From Clostridia bacterium (lineage in GTDB: Bacteria > Bacillota > Clostridia > Oscillospirales > CAG-382), in assembly GCA_017549365.1 (NCBI GenBank), contig JAFYUZ010000087.1:4112-68111 (forward strand): a stretch of DNA of 64,000 nt, read 5' to 3'. Made by a program: the position numbers and the translations under genes. Below are positions 57,394-64,000 of the stretch, one piece after another; position 1 is the first letter of the stretch, and every line of letters starts with the position of its first letter. A model generated the notes under the pieces. That model saw only the letters and a program-made list of their open reading frames with translations, made no database searches and was not told the origin of the DNA.

Positions 57394-57630
57394 TTAATCA
57401 TCAATATCCACGATCTTCGAAACAGGAACGTTAAGCACCTCTGCAATAGTAAAAAGCGTTTTCAGTGAGGGGCAAAAATAGCAGTTCGGTGCTTCAAGCT
57501 GAGAAATATATCCCGCAGAAAGCGCACACGCTTCGGCAAGCTCTTCCTGTGTCATACCCTGAAGTTTTCTGTAATATGAGATTTTAAGACCGATCTTCAT
57601 AAGATTCATTTTGTACTGACTTGGCAACAC
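57394..57630 (-). CDS. XRE-family helix-turn-helix transcriptional regulator
   Basis: IGLKISYYRKLQGMTQEELAEACALSAGYISQLE. The GTG at 57630 has GGAGG 9 nt upstream. ATG 57609 is an alternative. Confidence 0.85.
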   Translation of the reverse strand: MLPSQYKMNLMKIGLKISYYRKLQGMTQEELAEACALSAGYISQLEAPNCYFCPSLKTLFTIAEVLNVPVSKIVDIDD

Positions 57631-57797
57631 CCTTGATCGCCTCCGTTTGCTTTATATATGCCTAAAATTGATTATATTGTTATTATATTATATTTACAAA
57701 CGAAGTATTATATGATAAAATATAAGTATTTCTATATTTATAGTAATTATTAGGTTATATATAGTAATTAAACGTTTTTAACAGAGGTTTTTTAGAA

Positions 57798-57965
57798 ATG
57801 AAACTTTTGATAGTCGGATCGAGAAGCATAAAAGAATTTGACCTGTCACCCCATATTCCCGAAGAAACAGAAGTTATCCTTTCGGGCGGAGCTATGGGCA
57901 TAGACCGTCTCGCCGAAGAATACGCCGACAAGCACCGTCTTTCAAAAATCATTCTCCGTCCGCAT
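57798..57965 (+). pseudogene. 5' remnant (56 codons) of a SLOG/DUF2493-like gene
   Basis: MKLLIVGSRSIKEFDLSPHIPEETEVILSGGAMGIDRLAEEYADKHRLSKIILRPH has the GSR...SGGAxGxD...A pattern. From about 57966 the frame only reads the antisense of the DUF4298 gene, so the expected C-terminal half is absent. Confidence 0.45.
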
Positions 57966-58251
57966 TCTGCAGGCTTGAAACCGAGCACAAAAGATCATAC
58001 ACCCCGTCCTGCGACAAAACGCCGCGTTTCAGCCATCCCGGGAACTCTCCCCTTTCGTCGCGTTCATAATCGCGTATCCACACGCCGTCGTAATACTTTT
58101 TCAGTATTTCCAACCTTTTACAAAGCCACGCATCTTTTTTCAGAGCCTGCGGGTCTTTTGTCATGGCATTTTTTACGGCATCAAAATGCTTTTCCATCAT
58201 AAAAACGCGCAAAATTGCCGCCTTGCGCTCAAAATATTTCTTCACAAGCAA
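57949..58251 (-). CDS. DUF4298 family protein
   Basis: LKKYYDGVWIRDYERDERGEFPGWLKRGVLSQDGVYDLL matches the family's YY..W..D...DE.G..P..LKRGVLS.D.Y.LL signature as I remember it. Confidence 0.7.
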   Translation of the reverse strand: MLVKKYFERKAAILRVFMMEKHFDAVKNAMTKDPQALKKDAWLCKRLEILKKYYDGVWIRDYERDERGEFPGWLKRGVLSQDGVYDLLCSVSSLQNADGE

Positions 58252-58712
58252 AAAAGAGAGTTCGGCGCATATTTGGTACTGCCGACATATTCATTAAAAC
58301 AAAGTCCCGTTTTGCCCGAAACAGCGCTTTCGATCAGCCTTTTTGTAAGGCCGGGAACGTCGTCCATTTCAAGAGCTTCGTTTATATCCACCCACAAAAC
58401 CTCACTGTTTTCGTCGTTGTCGGAGGTGGCAACGCCGCAAACGTATTCGGCACGAAAAGCCACATACCAATCGTTGGTGTTAAATCTTATGCCGATTATA
58501 TCCTTCGGCTCTACCGTTATACCCGTTTCTTCCAAAAATTCACGAACCACGGCGTCCCGCGGACTTTCGCCGACGTTTATGTAACCGCCGGGGATAATAA
58601 GCTTTCCTTTGCCTCCGCCGTAGGTGTGGCGGGCAAGCAAGACCTTGCCTTCTTTTATCACAACTGCGGTGACGCTTTTGCCCCAATCGGTGTTTGCTTT
58701 TTCGTTTATCAT
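58242..58712 (-). CDS. NUDIX hydrolase
   Basis: Nudix box IPGGYINVGESPRDAVVREFLEETGI. Start moved to ATG 58712 (GAGGGA RBS). Confidence 0.85.
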   Translation of the reverse strand: MINEKANTDWGKSVTAVVIKEGKVLLARHTYGGGKGKLIIPGGYINVGESPRDAVVREFLEETGITVEPKDIIGIRFNTNDWYVAFRAEYVCGVATSDNDENSEVLWVDINEALEMDDVPGLTKRLIESAVSGKTGLCFNEYVGSTKYAPNSLFCL

Positions 58713-58826
58713 AGTTTTCCCTCGTTTTATGTGTTTCGACACCATTATACCACACAAACAAAAAATAGTAAACACCTTTTGCAAAGATGCAAAAAAAGAA
58801 CACCGATTTTGTCGGTGTTCTTTTGG

Positions 58827-59150
58827 TCATTGGAATATAAAAGAATAAAGATCGCAATCCGAAAGGAATATTTCAAGTCTTACGTTCTTTCCCGAAAGAG
58901 CTGAAAGATCCTTTTCAAAATCAACGGGACGATCGACACTGTCGCCAAACAGGTTGCGGCTGTCATAGCCTTCGATGGCTTTTCCGTTTTCATCGCATAT
59001 TTTTATACGCAAAGAACCGAAAGCAGATGTTTTAAAATTTACCGAAAGCTTGTTTCCGTCAAATTTAAACGGCTTTGTCAGCACACTACCTCCCGATTTT
59101 TTCGCGTTCCACGAGTAAAAACCGTCAAGGCGCAAGGTATATCGAGTGAG
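58827..59150 (-). repeat. near-identical 3' segment shared with paralogue B (60349-60672)
   Basis: About 320 nt align at an offset of 1522 nt with only scattered substitutions. Upstream of this block the two genes are clearly more diverged. Confidence 0.85.
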
Positions 59151-60314
59151 CATCATTTTACCAATGCCGCCTTTTCCGACGCCTGCATAAAACGAAAGCT
59201 CGTTGGGTTCGCCGTCATAAACAGATTCGGTTTCGGCAACGCCCCAGGCGACATAACAATCGCCGTAAAACCAGTTTTTGCCGTTTTCTGGACCGGGAGT
59301 GATAAATCCCTCCTGCGATCTGCAAAAATAATATCCGTCGGCCGAATGCATAAAGACACAGTCGGTAACAGCCGTGCCAAAGCGTATGTTTCTTGCCATC
59401 ACCTCTTCGCGCACGCCCCCGGGATTGGGCAGATATTTGCAGTTGTGGATGTCGTCCCTGCGATCGTTGTATCGGGTGGGAAGACCGATAAAAACGTCAC
59501 CTCTGTGGTATTTTTTGATGCCGTTGGTGTAAAGCTGAAGATTGTCCTCGCCGTCGTCATAGGTTAGTCTTTTGGGTTTTGTCCAATGTATCATATCTTC
59601 GGATTCGCAGGTTCTGATATCACGGAATGCCTGAGCTCTCAAAACTTCGTTGTTGACATCAAAATCCGAACCGTCTTCCATGTGGAATGAACGCAGATAG
59701 AGTCTGTATTTTTTCTTTTCGGTATCATAAGTAAGAGTGTTGAGGGTGTCAAAAGCTCCGTATATATCAAGCACTCGGACAAATTCAAAGCTGTAACCGT
59801 CACGGCTCTTGTAATAATGAAGCGAAAGCGGCTGACCTTCGATGTAAGGAAAGAAAAGTGCTTTAAATCTCTCATCGTCGGGACAGTCGGGATTTTCGTC
59901 ATAATATACCGAAAAGCTGTCGATGTATTCATCACTCATGAAAACAATATTGTTGTCATACGAGCCGAGCATCTCATACTGTCCGACCTTCGGACGGTAA
60001 AAGTTTATGCCGTCATCACTTTCGACAACGCATATAACCCCCTTGTGAAGCTCGGCCTTTTGCTCTTTCGTATAGTTTTCCTCGAGGTTTTGGTCGTGGT
60101 CTGTCGTCATTCCCTGGCTGCGGTAATACAATCTGAATTTTTCCCCGACTTTAACCAGCGAAAGATAGCAGAAATACACCCTTTCCCACGGCGCATCGGC
60201 AACAAAGGCGATATTTTGTCTTTGGGGATTGTGAAGTCTTATTTCCACATTTTCATTTTTGTCAATAAGGGTGTCGTCCCACATCAACTGTCGTGTTTTC
60301 CCGATATCAATCAT
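58827..60314 (-). CDS. paralogue A of an uncharacterised propeller-like plus beta-sandwich protein family (putative glycosidase)
   Basis: 495 aa, no signal peptide. MIDIGKTRQLMWDDTLID...FRLYYRS...FRDIRTCESEDMIHW...RYTLRLDGFYSW...LRIKICDENGKAIEG...VRLEIFLSDCDLYSFIF. Function inferred only from its overall resemblance to 5-bladed propeller hydrolases. Confidence 0.6.
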   Translation of the reverse strand: MIDIGKTRQLMWDDTLIDKNENVEIRLHNPQRQNIAFVADAPWERVYFCYLSLVKVGEKFRLYYRSQGMTTDHDQNLEENYTKEQKAELHKGVICVVESDDGINFYRPKVGQYEMLGSYDNNIVFMSDEYIDSFSVYYDENPDCPDDERFKALFFPYIEGQPLSLHYYKSRDGYSFEFVRVLDIYGAFDTLNTLTYDTEKKKYRLYLRSFHMEDGSDFDVNNEVLRAQAFRDIRTCESEDMIHWTKPKRLTYDDGEDNLQLYTNGIKKYHRGDVFIGLPTRYNDRRDDIHNCKYLPNPGGVREEVMARNIRFGTAVTDCVFMHSADGYYFCRSQEGFITPGPENGKNWFYGDCYVAWGVAETESVYDGEPNELSFYAGVGKGGIGKMMLTRYTLRLDGFYSWNAKKSGGSVLTKPFKFDGNKLSVNFKTSAFGSLRIKICDENGKAIEGYDSRNLFGDSVDRPVDFEKDLSALSGKNVRLEIFLSDCDLYSFIFQ

Positions 60315-60348
60315 TTTTCTCCTCCTTTATCAATCATTTTTCTTCTCA

Positions 60349-61824
60349 TTATTCGAATATAAAAGAATAAAGATCGCAATCCGAAAGGAATATTTCAAGG
60401 CGAACCGTCTTTCCCGAAAGAGCTGAAAGATCTTTTTCAAAATCAACGGGACGGTCTACGCTGTCGCCAAACAGGTTGCGGCTGTCATAGCCTTCGATAG
60501 CTTTTCCGTTTTCATCGCATATTTTTATATGCAAAGAACCGAAAGCAGACGTTTTAAAATTTACCGAAAGCTTGTTTCCGTCAAATTTAAACGGCTTTGT
60601 CAGCACACTACCTCCCGATTTTTTCGCGTTCCACGAGTAAAAACCGTCAAGGCGCAGGGTATAGCGTGTCAGAGTCTTGCCTCCGACCTTTCCTTTGCCT
60701 GATCCCATGTACAAAGAAAGCTCGTTTGGTTCGCCGGGGAAAGCGGACGGCGTTTCGAAAAGTCCGCGTGCCGCATAGCAATCTCCGTAGAACCAGTTAT
60801 ATCCATTTTCGGGACCCGGAGAAACAAGCGCTTCCCCGCAACGATAAAAGCTATATCCGTCATAAGAGTGCATTACTATGCAGTCTGTCATGGCAGTGCC
60901 TTCACGCTGTTCTATGGCAATAAGCTCATCGCGCTCTCCCCCGGGATTGGGAAGGTATTTGAGATTATGTATATCATCCTTGCGATCGTTGTATCTCGTT
61001 GCCATACCATAAAAAACATCGGCGCGGTGATACTTTGTGACACCATTGGTGTAAAGCTGAAGGTTGTCTTCGCCGTCAAAGTATGTTATTTTTAAAGGTC
61101 CGCCCTCCCACACTTTCATATCGACCGATTCACTGGTTCTGATATCGCGGAAAGCATGACCGCGAAGGCGGCCGATATTGACATCAAAGTCAGAGCCGTC
61201 CTCCATGTGGAACGAGCGGTAATACGCTCTGTACTTTTTTATTTTTTCGTCATATACCACAAGATTGAGAGAGTCAAAAGCGCCGATAAGATCAAGCACT
61301 CCGACGTACTCAAAACGGTATCCGTCACAGCTCTTGTAATAATGAAGCGCGGCGCCCTTTGACATGCCGTGACTTGAAAGCGCCTTAAACTTTTCGTCTG
61401 CCGGGCAATTCGGGTTTTCATCGTAATACACCGAAAAGCTGTCAAGATAATGATCGCCCATATAAACGATATTGTTGTCGTTCGAACCGAAAACAGTATA
61501 ATTTCCGATTTTTGGACGGGTGAAGTTTATGCCGTCGCGGCTTTCTATCACACAAACAATACCGTTTTTAAGATTGCCCAGGTTATCGGCTTGTTCAAAA
61601 TCATTTTGTGTGGCTCTTATGACCGATGCCCTGTAATATATTCTGTATGTGTCACCAACCTTTACAGTGGACATATAACCAAAATAGCTTTTTTCCCACG
61701 GCGCATCGGCAACAAAGGCAACATTTTGCCTTTGGGGATTGTGAAGTCTTATTTCGACATTTTCGCTTTTGTCGATGAGGGTGTCGTCCCACATCAGCTG
61801 TCGCTTTTTTCCGACATCAAGCAT
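60349..61824 (-). CDS. paralogue B of the same family
   Basis: MLDVGKKRQLMWDDTLID... ATG 61824 with an AAGGAG RBS. It overlaps the PnuC-like stop by 8 nt. Confidence 0.6.
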   Translation of the reverse strand: MLDVGKKRQLMWDDTLIDKSENVEIRLHNPQRQNVAFVADAPWEKSYFGYMSTVKVGDTYRIYYRASVIRATQNDFEQADNLGNLKNGIVCVIESRDGINFTRPKIGNYTVFGSNDNNIVYMGDHYLDSFSVYYDENPNCPADEKFKALSSHGMSKGAALHYYKSCDGYRFEYVGVLDLIGAFDSLNLVVYDEKIKKYRAYYRSFHMEDGSDFDVNIGRLRGHAFRDIRTSESVDMKVWEGGPLKITYFDGEDNLQLYTNGVTKYHRADVFYGMATRYNDRKDDIHNLKYLPNPGGERDELIAIEQREGTAMTDCIVMHSYDGYSFYRCGEALVSPGPENGYNWFYGDCYAARGLFETPSAFPGEPNELSLYMGSGKGKVGGKTLTRYTLRLDGFYSWNAKKSGGSVLTKPFKFDGNKLSVNFKTSAFGSLHIKICDENGKAIEGYDSRNLFGDSVDRPVDFEKDLSALSGKTVRLEIFLSDCDLYSFIFE

Positions 61825-62536
61825 TTTTCTGCTCCTTTTCAAGACTTTGTTCTTTGTATATTTTGGTCACGGTTATTGCGGTAAGAGCTACGCAGATAAC
61901 GTTGTAAATGCTCTGGGTGACATAGGTGGCGTGACCGGGAGTACCCGAAACCATGATCTCAATGGCAAGATATGCGCTGAGAAAACAGTTGATAAGGTTG
62001 AGATACGGAAACTCAATGTAGGACAAAAGCTGGAGAATGGTAACGTAAGTACCGAAAGCAGAGGTGGTTACGTCAAGCAGAGGGAAATCCGATTCAAAAA
62101 TTGGAAGCTCAACGGTGAGCACCCAGAATATTCCCCACAGTGCCGCAAAAACCACGGGAGAAAGCAGCCATTCTTTCTTTCCCATTTTTTTGAACATGGT
62201 AGAATTACCATAAGGCTTGCGGCTCCAGTTGATAAAACCGATAAGCTGAAGCGGAAAAGATATGGCAAGGGCAGAAATGCCTGCGGCGGGAATTTTTACG
62301 ATAAAGAAATACACAACGGCATATACCACCGAGTTCAGCGAACCCAAAAGCAAAGCGTATCTGTTTCCGAAGGTCTGCATTATCATAACGGCAACAGAAA
62401 CGTAAAGGGGCAGGACCTTGAAGATCGGTTCGCTGTATATGATCGAAAAGGTTGTGATGAGAACAAGGGTTATTGATACAAGCACAAGCTTGTAAAGGGG
62501 CAGATTAAATAATGTTTTTTTGTTTAAAAAATTCAT
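61817..62536 (-). CDS. PnuC-like (nicotinamide riboside transporter family) membrane protein
   Basis: 239 aa, about 7 TM. The FPLQLIGFINWSRK segment resembles the PnuC W-x-x-W region. The assignment is tentative. Confidence 0.55.
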   Translation of the reverse strand: MNFLNKKTLFNLPLYKLVLVSITLVLITTFSIIYSEPIFKVLPLYVSVAVMIMQTFGNRYALLLGSLNSVVYAVVYFFIVKIPAAGISALAISFPLQLIGFINWSRKPYGNSTMFKKMGKKEWLLSPVVFAALWGIFWVLTVELPIFESDFPLLDVTTSAFGTYVTILQLLSYIEFPYLNLINCFLSAYLAIEIMVSGTPGHATYVTQSIYNVICVALTAITVTKIYKEQSLEKEQKNA

Positions 62537-62548
62537 TTCGTTCCTCTT

Positions 62549-63994
62549 TTATTCAGAAAAAGTCATAGAGTAAAGCTGAGCATCGCACATGGAAAACTCG
62601 AAGCACACCTTTTTGCCGCAAAGCTCGCCAAGCGGTTTTTCAAAATCCACGATTCTTGAAACCGTGTCGCCGAAAAGTTCGCAGGTGGTAAAACCGTCAA
62701 TGGGTTTTCCATCCTCGTCAAGAATGCGGATGATAATATATCCGCGTGCGGAGGTTGAAAAGTTTATGGAAAGAATGCTTCCCTCAAAGGTCACGGGCTT
62801 TGTCACAAGCTTTTTCTCGTCATAGCCTGCCTTGTACGAGGCAAAGCCGTCGCGGCGCCATACAAAGCGCTCAAGCTTGACTGTGGGCGACACGCCCCAA
62901 TGGTGCTTCCAGACGTAAGTGGAAAGCTCGTCGGGATATCCCTCGTAACGTCCGGGGGTGGGAATAACTCCGCCAACGGCGGGATAACAGTCGCCGTAAA
63001 GCCAGTTGTAGCGGTATTCATATCCCGGGACAAGGCAAGCTTCGTCAAAGCGGTGCCAGTTGTAATTGTCGGTGGATGTCATGAAAAGGCAGTCGGTGAG
63101 GGTGAGTCCAAATCTCGGCTCTGCAAACTGCGCATCATACATACGCCACTTTCTCTGTGCCTTACCGCAAAGGCGCTCGAAAGAATCGTTCCATTCTTTT
63201 CTTTCAACGTATCTTACAGGAAAACCGATGTAGTATCTGTCATCGTAAACGTAGGGGAAAACGTTGTTGACATAAAGGGGATAATCCTCTTTGTTGCCCA
63301 CAAAGTTGATCTCTTTTGCCTGTGACCAGTTGACAAGGTCAGTCGACTCCATAACCGAAATACCTCTTACAGATTCCTCGTTCAAAGTATCGCGGCATTT
63401 TGTATGGGCAGAGTGATAATCACGCATATAGCAGAAATATTTCTTTGCATGGCGGTTCCAGATCAGAACGTTTTGGGTGTCGTAGGCAAGCCCTGTTGAG
63501 ATAACGCCAATCTCCTTAAAGCGAATACCGTCGGGAGCAGCAAGAAGCACAAGCTCGTTTCCGTCAAGCTCCTTGTTGTAGCGCGACATGGTTGCCTTGT
63601 ATTTCTGCTCGGGCGGACAATCGGGGTTTTCATCCTTGGTCACGGTGAAATTGTCGGGTATCTCGGGCATTATTATGTTGTTGTCATAGCTTCCCTCGTA
63701 CTCGTAAAGTCCAACGTTAACGGGCTTAAAGGTGATGCCGCCATCGTGGCTTTCGGCATAGCAAACGCGGATGGGTCCGTTTGACGGAAAAGACCACGCC
63801 TCGTAATAAAGGCGAATAAAACCCTCTTCTCTGATAATCGACAAAAAGTCAAGGCAGTTGCCGTCCCACGGCTGGTCAAAATCAATGCTTATGCCCGCAC
63901 AGTCGGGCTTGTTCACCGAAAGAGTGGCAGAAGTTTTTTCGTTATCGGTGATCTCGTCTGTCCAAAAAGGGAAAAGACCTGTCAGATTTTTCAT
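62549..63994 (-). CDS. paralogue C (more divergent) of the propeller-like family
   Basis: 481 aa. Shares FIRLYYEAW, NWSQAKEI, LTLTDCLFMTSTDNYNWHRF, WLYGDCYPA and RFVWRRDGFASY...IIIRILDEDGKPIDG...CFEFSMCDAQLYSMTF with A and B. Confidence 0.6.
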   Translation of the reverse strand: MKNLTGLFPFWTDEITDNEKTSATLSVNKPDCAGISIDFDQPWDGNCLDFLSIIREEGFIRLYYEAWSFPSNGPIRVCYAESHDGGITFKPVNVGLYEYEGSYDNNIIMPEIPDNFTVTKDENPDCPPEQKYKATMSRYNKELDGNELVLLAAPDGIRFKEIGVISTGLAYDTQNVLIWNRHAKKYFCYMRDYHSAHTKCRDTLNEESVRGISVMESTDLVNWSQAKEINFVGNKEDYPLYVNNVFPYVYDDRYYIGFPVRYVERKEWNDSFERLCGKAQRKWRMYDAQFAEPRFGLTLTDCLFMTSTDNYNWHRFDEACLVPGYEYRYNWLYGDCYPAVGGVIPTPGRYEGYPDELSTYVWKHHWGVSPTVKLERFVWRRDGFASYKAGYDEKKLVTKPVTFEGSILSINFSTSARGYIIIRILDEDGKPIDGFTTCELFGDTVSRIVDFEKPLGELCGKKVCFEFSMCDAQLYSMTFSE

Positions 63995-64000
63995 AAGTTT

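Noticed and set aside
57966-58202. C-terminal 78 residues of ORF 57798-58202
   Set aside because: The sequence (SAGLKPSTKDHTPRPATKRRVS...) is Arg/Pro/Ser-rich and exactly overlaps the well-supported DUF4298 gene on the other strand. Only the first 56 codons look genuine.

Overview
This is a 64-kb chromosomal segment that looks like it comes from a Gram-positive anaerobe (Bacillota, Clostridia-like). The taxonomic markers are groES-groEL behind a CIRCE operator, murB-whiA, a PrsA-like lipoprotein, and AGGAGG-type ribosome binding sites (RBS). GC is roughly 50% by eye. I support about 55 protein genes and one tRNA-Thr(CGU). I saw no rRNA, CRISPR, transposase or integrase.

Layout:
- 1-9.1 kb: a minus-strand operon with a giant solute-binding protein, two CUT1 sugar ABC permeases, an NHL-propeller/Yip1 membrane fusion and a secreted protein that runs off the window.
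- 9.9-26.6 kb: housekeeping genes (ABC-F, truB, groESL, THUMP methyltransferase, PrsA-like, Lrp plus aminotransferase, EF-G paralogue).
- 27-35.5 kb: leaderless beta-helix and TIM-barrel proteins surrounding a TetM/EF-G-like GTPase fused to a Rae1/YacP NYN RNase domain.
- 36.8-42.4 kb: tRNA-Thr followed by an AT-richer accessory stretch with small membrane proteins, XRE and TetR regulators, a HAD hydrolase and two NUDIX hydrolases.
- 42.5-48.2 kb: whiA, murB, an alcohol dehydrogenase and DUF1015.
- 49.2-55.4 kb: a 2051-aa secreted multi-module protein ending in a metallophosphoesterase.
- 58.8-64 kb: three paralogous propeller-like proteins around a PnuC-like transporter.

The best candidate for novelty is the GTPase-NYN fusion. 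An in-frame TAA splits its nuclease domain, and 45 conserved codons follow the stop. Other points worth a second look:
- an EF-G paralogue with the catalytic His replaced by Tyr
- an 8-copy AATGATG array after the tRNA
- a duplicated 92-bp terminator module
- mosaic internal duplication in the giant protein
- homogenised 3' ends of two tandem paralogues

The many very long antisense ORFs in the track are codon-aligned shadows and I rejected them. All family names come from motif recognition by eye. No searches were run.
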